Assembly (NCBI RefSeq): GCF_002113885.1
Contig: NW_018404676.1
Coordinates: forward strand, 441,453-505,452
DNA from: Mizuhopecten yessoensis
Lineage: Eukaryota
Length of the DNA: 64,000 bases
Direction of reading: 5' to 3'
Both the position numbers and the translations under genes were made by a program. How positions within the stretch are numbered: position 1 is the stretch's first letter; every line of letters starts with the position of its first letter. The notes beneath the pieces were generated by a model. It was not told the DNA's origin. It searched no databases and saw nothing but the letters and a program-made list of their open reading frames with translations. Positions 12,101 to 27,100 of the stretch are shown piece by piece.

Positions 12101-15100
12101 TCTCATGTATTTAACCAACTAAACTATGCTTTGTAAGGATCGCATTTGAAAAGTTACAGCACGAACAATATTCAACACAATACTGTATATAAGATATTCT
12201 GCTTAGTCCCAACTTGATTATCATTAACCACGCTTTATATATATATTGTTTGTTTCAGATTGGGAATTAACAGAAATTATACATTGAGTGTCCCAACTAT
12301 TGACCAGGATGGGGATTACTTTGAATGCCGTAAAATGGCATTCATCGAGTTTATAGATCTTCAAACAGCCAACAAATTGAAAAATATTGATATACGAAAG
12401 GTAATGTAGTGTTTAATGACACAAGTATAACTTTATATTATGTTTAATCCTGTTCGGGTGGGATGTTGACAATGTTGGTTGTTGTCACCTCAGAGATGCT
12501 CCTGTAGAAAGTACATGTTTATTGATGTGTTCGCAGTATTAAGATACCCATGTCCCATGTTTTAGATATATACTTTATTAAAGATGTGACACGGAAATTC
12601 AATATTCTACCTGTAATATTCACTCACATTAATACATTTCGCACTAATATTCACGCATACAATATCCAAACTATCCACCAGTGCAATAGCCACTGTTGCG
12701 GTATCCAATGGTGTATTAACTTTGCGTGAAATACTCGTAATGCGAAGACAAAGGAGTCAACAGAGCTGTGTCTTTGTGAACCAAGATTATGAAAGCTGTC
12801 TCGCTGTCACATTTGTTTTTTCTAATTTATTATATACTTCCAAATCCTTCCGTTAATGCTTCATATACATATGTTTGAAATCGTGTTTTTTATTTGTGTT
12901 ATTTGGAATGTTGTATCACGGGGCTCAACACTTTTAAGGGACTCATACAATCGATGAATTGACTGACTACAGATTATATCTTGGCCTTTTTAGACCATGG
13001 TTCACTGAGTTGTTTTGCATTACTTATGTCCAACTCATTGGAATTTATATTTTTTGCTTTACAGTTTTTAATAAAACAAACCTCAACAAGCCAAATTTTA
13101 AATTTGGTAATTACATTCACAAGAAATTTGATTAGGAAACATGCTACAGTGAAATCTGTAAAAGAAATTTTTGCTGAGAGATAATGGTGGGTATGTCGAT
13201 TTTATTGCTTTTAGGATTGCTTCATACACATCGACACATCTAGTCCTGAATACCAGGTAGGAGACTCGGCAGTGATAGCAGTGACAATACAGGACTTCAA
13301 CAGAGATAATATCAAACTGGCTGGAGATCCACATCCTTTACGCCAGCGCTACGCTATTGGACGGTCACTTAGTGCCGTCCCTGTGCAGGTAGGCAAGTTC
13401 ATCAGATTTACGTTACGTTACTATTTCCGTTTATCACTTGCTTGTTTTGCAAAAAACAAAAACAAAAACAATAAAAAAAAACAAAAAAACACCGAGGCGA
13501 CCTGTCTAACTACTGATATTTCACGAATATAGCGGAAAACTTCAATATTTCACGAGGGCGTAGTGAATTGTTGTAGATTTTAGCCAAACGAATTAAATAT
13601 AAAAAAGAAACTCGACGGGAAACCATCACAAACACTTCATATTGCGTTTTGGAAATGTTTTAATGAAAAAATACTCCCTTTAACAAACAGCAAGATTGCT
13701 TGAGAATATCAAAATATCTTCATATTGTAGTGCAGGATCTAAATAACGACGTTAAACGGTCAATGATGTCACAATCAAGGTCAATGCCGAACACATACAT
13801 GTCAACCTTTTGATTCGTTTTTATGGCTATTGCATTAGTATTGAGCATCGTAAACATTTGATTGGTTTAAACACATTGCTTAATTATTATTTTTTTATAA
13901 TTTCATACTTCTGTCAGAAATATCACTTTTATTTGATGAAAAAAATCCCGACAGTCAAATATACGGATATATTTGCCAGTTCATGTATCATTCCCAGTTC
14001 ATCACCATACTGATATATTTAACGGTATGATGTATCAGTCTATACCCACATCAATGTGTCGACGAGTAACCTGTTTACTTGTTCAAAGATGTACAAGTTG
14101 CAGTGTACAAATGTGTGAATTTTTGAAAGTCATTCAATAAATGTGTTTATTTCAGTTTTACATAGAGATTGTTCTCAAAGACGATGCACCTGTGATCATC
14201 GATCCGACCCCTCTTGAACAACAGATGTTCACTGTCTTTGTTGGGTCAATATTGAAACTCAAAGTTGTAGCCAAACCCACTAATCCGACCAGGTACATAG
14301 TTCAATACTCAAGTTCAATCAAATGTAAAATAGACATAATTCATTTAGTACATATGGGCTTATAAAGGATGATATGTATTATAATGGTTGTCGTACTCGA
14401 TGACAACAAAATATAGTAACATTTAATGCTACCCATTTGACGTCACTTTTCTGAAAGAGACTATAGCTGTTTTTATGAAATACACTTGTATAGAAAGGAG
14501 AAGATCGACTTTTATGCGTATATGTTGTTAATTAAATCACTGATTTAAATCATTTGTAAGATTATCAAAATGACCCACTGATAATGATTGGGTGAGAGAC
14601 ATGAACTTACTTGTTCACTTAATTGCCAATTAAGCTGTTTGTTTACTCGCATCTACCTTTACATGTTCTAGGACACTATCACACTTTTTCTTCACACGAC
14701 GTGACGGCGTTGTTCCACAAACTTCGGTGGTGACTGACGAAACAGTGATAGATCCACTCGCGAAAAGTCAGTCGGTTCTTTGGACACCTGTAGCCTCTGA
14801 CTTGGGAGATCATATCTTGTGTGTGAGGGTCGAGGACAGTGCTGGGTAATGTAGCAGACATTATCTAAATAACTTAAAGGGGCTGGTATGCCATATTTGC
14901 TAAAATGGCATACACATGTTTAAAATACCTTCTTATGAAATATACCGATTCAAATTTTGCTGAAATTCACTCCCTAAGAGTAAAAAATATAATTATATTA
15001 AAGAAATCCTAAATTGTCACCTGACAGTCTTAACCTCTCAATTGACCCAGATCAGTGATGTAATTTTAACGCATCATCAACAAGGCCACATGTAAACATC

Positions 15101-18100
15101 GCGGCGAAAGAAAAAGATGCATGCAAAAGTCATGACAGGCACGAGGTATCAATACCGTTATATATAACAACAACATAGGTAGGAATACTACACTTGCATC
15201 ATACATGACCTTTGAAAACAATTATTTACGTATAGTATTGCTGTCTTGTCCGCTAGTTGAGTCCGACATGGTATAACAACATATTGCCGTGGTATAACAT
15301 AACGGCGTGCTATTGTTGTTATCTTCACTGCCTCCTTTTCGAAACAACCACGTCACATATATAAATAGATCTGCGCTAAATTTTCGCGGGGCTTCCCCGA
15401 GATTTCAGTTGTCAAAACTGGGTATTGCAAGCAGAACTCGACCATCATATTGCCGTGGTATAACTTTTGGAAGGCCTGAGAACGCATTTAGACCCATTTA
15501 TTTTGTATTTTTTTCCCCGACCAGCCCCTTAAAGCATCCATAATAACTGTTTATAACAAAAACACGTACGTTTTTAAAGCCAATGGAATAAGTCAAAGGC
15601 CAATTATATCTAAACAATAAATAAAAAAACCATGCTATAAAACTATCATTGTTATGATCATGACACATGTACATATAAAGACTCCTATTATTTCTTCAGA
15701 TTCGACGCACTACCACGATGCTTCATCATACGAGTAAAAGGTATGGTTTTAAAAATTCAAGTTTATATGGTTCGTTTAGCTAAGAATCTCAACTATTTGT
15801 GTAAATTTTTTAACTGTACCAATTACTTCTTTGAACCAACCGTATAACGGGATATTTATGCGGGATGAAATGTTCGCGATTTTGACCCAAGTTTAGAAAA
15901 AAAGGTTTACACGGACTATATTTTTGCGATCTAGATATGTTAAGGAAGTACATTTGTGCGGTGTTTTAGCATAGAGACGGGACACTCCGCATTAAAAGAG
16001 TTAAATAGTCAAATGATTAGGCTATATTAACAGTCATAACAACATGCTTGCTATTTCATGACGATAATACGGTGATCCGGTTCACTTGACACGTGTCATA
16101 TTATTCTGCTGATCAAATATTCTTGATCACTTTATTGGCCGGCAAAATAGCGAAAATAGCATCCGGACCATATGATATTACAATGCGCAATTTCAAAATT
16201 CCATCCAATCCGTTTATCGGCTATTCTTAGATGTAAGCATTTCAGTTTTATTTTGCATCTGATGGTACCCATTGTATAAAATAATTAATGCAAACTTGTA
16301 TAAACACTAATGTCTTATAAATAAAATTCAGATCAGAAAAAGAATACAATTTGTAAATCATCTGTCTTTTAGCTGCTCCTGTTGGAGTAGGATCACAGAT
16401 AGTACAGGTAAGATATGATAAAGTACATAGAGGATGCTATACCATTGTATAATAAGTGAATTGGAATACGTTCTTATTAAAATCAAGTGATTCATCCAAA
16501 ATAAACCAAGAATAATTCATAAGTATACATGTAGCGTCAATTGATTGAAACACTCGCATTCATTTGAAATGCTAAACAAAATCTTTCCACAAATGATAAA
16601 CATAAGGTCCATATTATTACAAGGGTTTTCAATTTTTAGATGTCCATATAATATACTGAATGTCAAAACCAAGAATTCTGTAAACACTAGTGGTACCCTC
16701 CACGTGGTCGGTAAATATTTGATGTATCTTGTCTATTTTAAATCAAGGGAAAACCAGCGTTCCTGCGGTTTCCATCTAACGGAGAGATTTCCTGTTTGGT
16801 CGGGTCAAGTTGTCGTTTCCCTATCTACGCTGTTTCCACCTCACCTGGGTACTTACACTGATTTAAATTACCTTAAGTATTAAAATTGGGAAAACTTGTC
16901 ATTTTCTTACCAAGCATGACAAAAGAGAGAAATTAGTCAAGCAACTTTATGCAATGTCAATACGTTTACCGATGAAAACCTTATTGAATACGTCAAATTG
17001 AAAAAATATTTACTTAAAATGCACATTATTTCGCTTCTTTCAGAGGAATTACAGATATATCTCTAACTAGTTCGGAAGCCGCGGGTTGTCATGTTAGTGC
17101 AATCAGAGATGCCAGTGCCATACATATAGGAGCAAAAATGGTTGACATGACATTTCAAGATTCCTCGTTTGGTCGTAAGAAAATTTGTTTAAGAGCAGCA
17201 GATGCGTAAGTATTCAATTCACATTGTATAATTTATGTCTTATATCGGTGAAGCTTTCTGATGGATTTGTTATGTTATATTTGTACTTGTCACGTCCTTT
17301 TTCTATCACCTGTCAAGTATACCTCATGTTTAAAGACAATGCCATTTAAGGTTTCCTGTCGTCTGTATTTATTAGTCGTGATGTCTTTGAAAAAGAAAGC
17401 ATGTCGTACAGAAAATTTCAATAATTTTTTAAACGCTACATTTTTTGCCCACCTGGTCTTAAAGACCATAGTGAGCTTTTGCTATACCGCGTCGTCCTTT
17501 GCCCGTTCGTCCGTCAACTTTTCCTTTAAAACGCTACTATTCCTGAACAGCGTTATAGATTTTGACTAAATTTGGCATGGAGCATCCTTGGGCAAAGGGA
17601 CTAAATTTTGTGTAAACGGAGGGTGTGGCCATTTTGTTGCAGATGGGCATGGCCAAATAGTGAATTTTGAGGTTTAAATCTTCAAAATCCTTCTTCTTCT
17701 GTGCCTTTTCAGGGATTTTATCCAAATTTGGTACAGAGAATTCTTGGGCAAAGACGACTAAATTTTGTATAAACGGCGGGTGTGGCCCCTTTGGGTGCAG
17801 AGGGTAGGGGCTCAAAAGGGGTATTTGAGGTTTAAATCTTCAAAATCCTTCTATTTCTGAACAATTTAAGCGATTTTAACCAAATTTGGCCTGGAGCATC
17901 CTTCGATAGAGGGACTGCATATTGTGCAAACAGTGGTTGTGGCCTTCTTGGGTGCAGAGGGGTTGCGCTCAAAAGGGATATTTGAGGTTTAAATATTTTA
18001 AATCCTTCTCCTTTTGTACCATTTGAGAGATGTTATCAAAATTCAGCCAGGAGCGTCTTTGAGCAAAGGGGGCTGAATTTTGTATGAACGGAGGGTGCGC

Positions 18101-21100
18101 CCTCTTGGTGCATAGAGGCAGGGTCCAATAGAAAAGTTTGAGATTTAAATCTTTAAAATCCCTCTTCTACTGTACCATTGGAGGATTTATAACCAAATTT
18201 GGTCTAGAGCATCCTTTTGCAAAGGGAAGTGATATTTTGTAAATAAAGGGTGTGGCCCCCTGGGTGCAGAGGGGCGGGCCCAATATGAACTTTAAAATCG
18301 TTCTTTTTATGTACCTTTTGAGGGATTTTAATCAAATTTGGTCCAGAGCATCCTTGGGAAAGTGACTCAATTTGTTTTAAGGTAGAGTGTGCCCACACTG
18401 CGGGCAGAGGTGTTTGATTTGAGGGATTTAAAACAAATTTGGTGTAGAGAATCCTTGGGCAAAAAGGACTCAATTATGTATAAATAGAAGGGTGGTTTCA
18501 GGGGGCAGAGTGGCGAGCCCAATAGGGAAACTTGAGATTAATGTTTGAAATTCCACCCCAATTCATGGGGGCAGAAAGAAGGGATCTTCGTGTCATGTTA
18601 ATGAAAAACCATAAAATCGGTTTTCATCTTTTTAATGGTGAAACACGTATTCTATCGAATGCAGTCATTTTCCTGAAACATTACCCATTCTGCTTTATTT
18701 CTTACCTTTCAGCAATTCTGTAATTATGAAATGTTTTGAGGCAGTGGTACAACCAAAGGGTACGTAACAGATTATATATGCATAAGCAATTTTGTTGTCT
18801 GTGAATGAATGTAACAAAATGTTATCTTATTTGACAATCGATCTGTGTTTTAAGCCTGTTTCCTAAACATTTGCTGTTTTATTGAACTTGCATTGACCAA
18901 CCATAAATATCCATACGTGTGATGTTTCTGGAATATGTATATCATAAATTTATCACATTTATAGAATTGATACAACTGAAATTTTCCGGAACATGTTTTT
19001 CAAACAGAAACTTTTACATTTTTCTTTATTCATAATTACGTGTCAAAATTTTATTTACTAGATCCATGTGAAGTACAACCCTGTCGAAATAGTGCTGAGT
19101 GTGTTACGAACGGTGACAGAACATCATATGTTTGCATATGTCCCCCGGGGTATACGGGCATCGCCTGTGATATAGGTACTTTCTATACAATCACCTGGTC
19201 AAAGGCCACGTGAGATTATTCCGTTGCTTGACGTTCTTCGTCTGTTGTGTTTCGTAGTGTTGGTGTGTCTATTCTTTAACAATTGCAGAAGAAATGCTTT
19301 TGGGAGCTTTTTTGGTAGCTTTTTTTTAATATGCATGAGTACTAACGCCTCTATATTCCTTTCAAAAAAGATTAATGTATTTAGTTTGAAGGGAATTGCT
19401 ACGCCAGTTTGTCCATTTAATTGAAAATGCTCACCATTCTACATTTAGGTGTCATGTGTACGACAACCAGAGACAGATTTCATCAAAAGATAGGAATCTT
19501 TTGAGAATGTACAGTCAGCTAATCATCAATTACAATGGGGTCAAAAGGCAGAAGACATTGATAGGCCGCAATAACATTTTCTTGACCCGTTTGCGTAACA
19601 TCTAGGAATATCATATTATCAACATTTACCTGACGACAGAATAGTGGAATTGAATATAGAAGACGTCATTTTCGGGGCTTAATCTTTAGAATTTTATCCT
19701 ATTCAACCACTTTCCAGAGTCTAGGGGGATCTGATGTGCAAACCACTTTGCAATCGTTTAAATCAATCTTCCGAATTTTGTTTGATGTTACCAAGATACT
19801 ATCATGTATTTGACAAGACAGGCATACAACATTGATAAACAAAACGCCCGCCCCTCTGAAGCACCTGGCTGCATCTGATTATTGTACATGTTACATGATA
19901 TCTACAATTTGTTCGAGTTGATGTATTTCTTTGTGACTACAGGAATTATTATTTTGTGTCCATGCTTTGTTATACTTGATATATATATTCTAAGTATATT
20001 TCACATGGAGAGCTTGACTCAAGTTGATAAAACCACTATATTAAACGACTACAAATCGTGTCAAGAGTGATTGAATGGATTTATAGCATGCCTGTTTCTG
20101 ATGTTTGTTTTGCTTCAATGTATTAAAACCGAAACAATTAAAGCAAAATTAAGTGAGCAGTGTTTTCAAAACACCACATAAACTATTAGGCCATCGTACC
20201 ACTTTCACTTTGGACTTTGATGCTCCATACATCATACTTTGCTGCTGAGAGTATAAATATAACACACTGATGGTAAGGATTAACTCATTTTATTCTGTAT
20301 TTCAGCTCCTGATAAATGCAATCCTAACCCTTGTAAATTTGGAGGCATTTGTATTCCTCATGGAATTCAGGTCGAGTGCCGGTGTACGAGTGGATTCTTT
20401 GGCACATATTGTGAAAATGGTATGTATTCACAAGCTACAAAATGAAGTTTTAAATTAGTCGCGTTGTCGTGGTTTGCTATTAATGATGCTTTACTAAGTT
20501 TTAATACATAATTATAATGCATCTCATCTTACGTAGCTATGGATACGTTTCTACATGACCCGTGTTTGTTCCATGTTTTATATGACTTAACTGTGGCTAT
20601 GTTTGTCTCCCTGATCCGTCTGTAGTTTAGTTGTTATATAACGTAGCCGTTAATGCCTATCACCCTGACACGTCTGTAGTAAATGAATCAGATAGCGTAG
20701 CTGTTGATACGTATAACACCGAAATGTATATTCTCACCTGTATGTGGAACCTGTCTTATGTTGTGTTACCTCTATGTAGCTTTGATTGTGTGTATCAAAG
20801 AGCTGTGAAAAGTAGATTTTTATATTAATGTAGCTTTAGAAACGTGTAGCATTGCATAACTGGATGAGTGCATATTTCTGACCTGTATGCAGAACGTGTT
20901 TTATATTAAATATGTGTATCCCAGACCAATATGTAGTTTGTACTTAGCTGTGGATGGGTGGACATCCTGTAGTATGTGTGTGTGTTTTAAATGTTTTAAA
21001 ATATGTATATCACATAGCCGTGGATAAGTGCAGACCTGACCCTTGCGGTAAACATGGAGTATGTGAAGAAACACCAACTGGATACACGTGTCATTGTCAG

Positions 21101-24100
21101 GACGGCTACTCTGGGAACAGTTGTACAGGTACGCAGTTAGTAGCAGAAATTTAAGTATCATTAATGTTTACTAATCGCAAATAGCAACGAACAATATTGT
21201 TAACATCGTTAAGTGTAACTCGCTATACGAAAAGTTATATATTTTTTTTTTCTTTCTAAAATACATTTTTATTGTCTGCAGGTCCTGTCAGTCCTCCAGT
21301 TAACGCTTGTAATCTAAATCCAAGAGCTGTTGGATGCAGTAAGTATTCTGCTTTAAGGCTAGAGTAATAGATTGGTAAATAGGTTTACATTGAGTATGTT
21401 CCAATATAGGCACTTGATCGGAACAAACGAAAGTTTTTTGGAGCGTATTACCTAAAATAGATTAAATAGATATATAACCTAAGAAGTAACAGAGACAGTC
21501 CACGCAAGGGCATTTGTAAAATATTCTAGTCAATCCACCCCTTAATCAAGACACAAACAAGTTATTTTTATATATGTTACCACGTTTCAGATGTAACGTC
21601 ACTTTTTATTGGTTAATAACCATGAATTGCATAACGATGGTATCGCCCTTAGCCTTTCACCCCTTCGGAGGTTCTTCAGGATTTTTTTTGAAGATAATTT
21701 TTACATGAGTAAAATCTGCTTGCTCTCATTGAATTTAATGAAAACATAACAGAAATGATCTGATATAATTCAAAAATGCTTGTGGTAAAGCATTGGATAT
21801 CAGAATGCTTTGGGGTTTTAAGTTAATAAGCGTTTCCATATAAATTGTTTCCGTTTGGATTGTCTGAATGAAAACAAGATAAAATTGTCCATCCGAAAAT
21901 GGTTTAATATTAAATGTATATTAACATATATATTGTAGTATTGTTTCTCCATTATTGGAATAACATATAAAATAAAATGTCGCCGTCACTAATAAATTTT
22001 CATTTACGTTGTATATCAAATGGCTGGATGATGCACTGACAAAATTAGGTAACACTCTTTATTTATGTTAAGGAAATAATAATAAAAAGAAATCCGTAAC
22101 CATAATGATTCCTTTATTTTAAGACTGTGGTGCACAATGTGTTGCCCCAAACGGAATATGTGTAGGGGCGCCTGGATCAGGAACATGTTTATGTTCAAAA
22201 GGCTTCACTGGACCCGATTGTCAAAGTGAGTATAGTAAGCCCGGTATAAAAATAATATTGCCTCTCCTTATTTCGTCTTTATACGTGGGTATTTTTTCAC
22301 TATATTTACTGACATGAATGTGCCACTATGACCTTCATTTGATGGCACCATTTAAGTACCGTTTTTCCGTTAAACAACTGATATATTTCGATGATTGTAG
22401 AATTATCGTCATTATTGAAGTATATAACATATAACAACTGTTTAACGATACCACTTCCTTGCTTCGTAAATGGATGAGATGTGATTATATAAGTAGGCCT
22501 ACTGGTCGTCATATATTGATTTCCCTCTGCGGTTTTGTGCTCCTTTTATCTGATTAAGTCTGATACACTAGATACGCTATGCATATGAGGTGGAGATACG
22601 TAGTTTGTTTGAATATACGCCAAATGTCTTCAAAACATTAAATAAGCACACCGGAATGATAAGTAGACAATGTTAAATGCATTGGAAGTTCGTGTATAGA
22701 GTGAAGTAATATTATTTATATAGATGAAATTATTTGAAATACAATACCAACATGTTTATATTACAGGTCAAAGCTCTCTTGGAGGACAAGATGTACGTAG
22801 AGTTCAGTCATTAAATTACCGTTGTCGTAAAACTCAGATGCTTAATTGTCATACGATCCTTGGTAATAAAGATTTCGAAGAAAATACTATTCTAATGATT
22901 AAGCCATTTGAAAGCATTGTCGAATTATATTTGTTACAGATACCATTTTTGAAGAATTTAAACCAAAAGGACTTTTTTTCCCACGGCACACTATTAAAAA
23001 TAAAAACAAATATTTAACAATGTTTTGTTTTTTATAGCTGATATGTGTTTAACAAACGCCCGAAGCTGAAGATTTGATGAAATGTGAACAAAATTAATAC
23101 TTTTCATACGCATGTATTTTCTATGATAGAGAGAATAAGTCCGATACTTCTACAATTTTTACTGACAACTTATCTATCAATTCATTTCTAATCAAGCTTA
23201 GTGCTATGACGTTATTGAAAGCCTTTTTATACCGAGATCATGACCATGGCGGTTTATAGGACGTTAAACAATACTAAACCAAACTAAACCAAACTAGACC
23301 AACGTAGGTCGTGCGGATCTACATTTCTCTTTTAGAGGCTGTGTAGAGGCAAAAACGTCCCCAAATTAGAATAAATTATGAAGAGAAATTGCACTTATTA
23401 TACATGTACATCATGGTCAATCTCTGTGACGATTTTCAAAGTTGGATCACCGTATTCTTCATTCATTACTGTTACTTAGTAAAACATGTGAATGGGAATA
23501 CATGAAGCCTTTATGAATAAAAAATACATGAAACATTGTTTTCGCTTTTTATAGCCGATATTTGTTCCACCAACACCCGAAGCTGAAGATTTGATAAAGT
23601 GTGAGCAAAATTCATACTTGTCAACCACATGTATATTTGCGGTATATACATCGCCTGACACTGGTATGAGGTACGTAAAAACACCTTACAGTATAACAGA
23701 GAAATAACACCAAAAATACTTTGATCTTAATAATTGTATCACACCAACTTTCCTGAAAACTTGTTTAGGCAATCATTTTAAGAAAACGATAGAAATAGTG
23801 GATATACTGGAACATGTAAGTGTTTGGTTTGATTTCTATTTTTGGTATAACTAGCTGAAAGGTTATATCGGGTAAAACGGCAATCTTCATTACCAGTATG
23901 TTTTCATTACAGTACTGCGCCTCTGGTCAAAACCATTTTGCCACCTAGCAAAGTACGAATTTCCGTTTCTCCTGCGGCCGATCCAAAGATCCCCGGTATC
24001 CTCAACATATACCGTTTTGATATAAAGATACAGGCCCAACCCAAAGCAGCTCCTAAACTGCATGTTTGCCTGCAAGTAGCAAAATCATCCGAGTAAGTAC

Positions 24101-27100
24101 GTTTGAGGTTTTTTCTTTTTAGAAAATGCTTTAAAATCATATGAATTGAAGCGTCTACTGGCATTTTGTTTAAAATAAATCAAATGCAGACGTGTACTTT
24201 TCGTAAAAAAGTTTAATATTTCATTCATCTTTATATGAATGGTTTCCAATTTAATGCCATATATATTTCACGTAGGAGTAGGACCCAATACCGATACTTA
24301 AACGATAGAGTTCATTATATCACTGGCATGAAAGTAATAATAAGTGCAATTGTGAAGTATATGCACAGAATTAGGTATGATTGTTATTTCCATATTTCAG
24401 TAGTACACATCCAACAGACACTAAGTGCTTCAACGTGGAATATGTTTTCAAGCGTAAGTACATTGTCATTTATGTATGAAGTTGAATTAAAATCACATAA
24501 ATATTTTAACCAAAGAGTAGTTTGCGAACAATGTCTGCTAAATACTAAAGCATCCAGAATGTAACAATTTTGTTGTATGGTTTGATTCTGTCCCTTATAA
24601 TCCTTTATGGTGTCAGTAATAAACTAATAATCCAAAAAAATAATCATGATGCGTTATATCAATTTGTGTCATAGCTGTCATATTTTGGATATAGTTAAAC
24701 CTATGTTACTTGTTGAATATCTAATAATGTTGTCATAATCCTTTCAGATGGAATTGATCCATGGGGCACATCTATATCACCGGCACCTGTAAGTACTATG
24801 AAGTGTATGTCACCAGAGCAGATTATGAACAGGGTGAAACATGCGTTGTATAATATAATATGCGGTATTGATAAATTTACATACTAATACTTGCAAGAAA
24901 TAATTATCATACACTCAAAGCTTTAGTGAGAGACAAACCTAGGGAGACCATAAACCAACTTGTACTATCATAAAAAGTTAACATGGCTATACGGAAAGTA
25001 GCAGTCCCACTAAACAACGGGGGTCAGTGGCGCTGTAAGTCAAAACAAAAACAATTTGAAAAGTCCTCTGCAATCTTTACAGAAATACTTCAGTTGCAGA
25101 GCATATTCGGATGTATCAGTTTTCATTATTGAATACTTATCCGTGAATAATGTGCAGGAATCTCTATAGAGCTCGCATATAGGTTATGAAAATTACCTCG
25201 TCTATCTCTATATATCTAAAAAAAATCAATGCAGGTGATTCAATTTTTCCCTATAATTGTAATAAGGTAACATCTGATGTGCAAACTGTAATTATCTACC
25301 AATAATGACACATTAAGACAAAATTTTGGTACTTATGATATTATTTTGTATTCAGCTAACAGTGTATGACTGAATCATTTTGAATGTTTTAAAGCTGTAA
25401 CGCCTAATGTTGTTGGATCCTACCAACTTGCCAGATACTACGTGATCCTTATAATATGACAACGCCTAAATGTGATAAATAACCAAAACATCATGCTTAA
25501 TTTGTTTGTTTATCTATAAACAAGCATATTTATATCGCAATATAATAAACATGATATAGTTCCTAAGCTGTAACAGTGCAATATTTACACTTTGACGCTA
25601 AATATATATTGTTATTATGACTTGGATTTACCGCTTCCTTGTTTTTTTATCTTCTCTGTTTGTCGCTTTGTTATATTTACAAACACCGATTGTTGGTATG
25701 CTACATTTAATTGATTATTGAACTTTCGATTACAGGCCAATACGTTTGTAGATCCCACTTTACCAGACCAAAGTGAGATTGTATGTGAAATTGGAAAACC
25801 ATGTCATTTCTTCGTTTTTGCATCTAAGGTTGCCAGCATCTGGTAAGTGCTTCACGTTGCTTTCTGTTTCAACGGTTTGCATTTATATGATGTACTGTAA
25901 GTCTTAGAACGTGTCAATTATTCAAAACCGTGTGTGTGTACCTCTCTGTGTTGGTAAGCGGGATAGACATTGGGTTAAATTGTCGTCAGACTTTAGATAG
26001 ACGCGTTCTGGCAGTGTTCTCTCGTATGTCCTTTAACCTCAGTTGAGTGTTGTGAAAAATCATACATGAGTTATTCTTGACACTCATACGGTTATAAGTC
26101 TGCCAATGTATCGGGAAGATTCTATATTTTATTTTACCATTTCGCGTCACATAAAAATGTGATCTGTTATTGGAACAATTAGATAAAGAAAGATAAGAGC
26201 GATACCATCAAAAAGTTGATAATCAGTTGTTTTGTTTTCGTTTATTATTTTGAATGTATGTGATAATTTATATGTTTACAAACAAAAGGGAGATTTTAAT
26301 TTGACAATGAATTAATTCGATTCAATTCAATTCAAATAAAGAGAACAGTTTGTTTCGACCATTTGTAATTTATTAGTGTAAAGTTTTTGGTTTGGATATA
26401 AAATCTGAAACAGTAGAAAAATAAGTTTTTTTATGAATAGTGAAATTACCTTGGCAACAATCCTATCAATTTTACCCATGCATACGGCTGTCGAAGCATA
26501 CACTTTTACAATATCACTTTGAAACTGTTTACATGTAGTCGTGTCTCTTGAAATTTAATTTACTGTTGTCATTAACTACTTTTTAAAGAAGATTTGTATC
26601 GATTATGTTTGGTTATGTATGTATAAACTATATTGTAGCAAACATGTGTTGGCCAGTGACACGGTGTCTACTGCAGTATTCGATCCGTCTGACGTCGGCA
26701 CTTCATGTATGACAAATATTGTATGCGACTTCAAATCGTCCGCTATAGCCGGCACCAGGAAGAAAATTTGCCTTAAATCAGGGTTAGTAATGTTATTTTT
26801 TATCAACAATTATTTGAATACCTATTACGGCGGTCAACTTTCTATCTAATATAATTCCCGCGCATGACAATAATTGTTTTCTATATAGTCAAATATATCA
26901 TCAAGATGTTGCATAAAGGGGGTTCATAGTTTTCACTTTAGTAAATCTTTAATATGATGTGCAGCGATATATTTTACGTTCACCTAGACAGATCTTAGAA
27001 TGATTTTTGTAATCTTTTTGAAATTCTGTGATCAACGCGCTACAGGTAATGTATTCTGGAGTGGCCACCATTTACGGATGGTTTTAAATACCATTTTTAT

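Noticed and set aside
16640-16710. Extra exon candidate (ttttag|ATGTCC...GTCG|gtaaat)
   Set aside because: Its only open reading is phase 2-1, incompatible with the flanking phase-0 junction (16407>16748).
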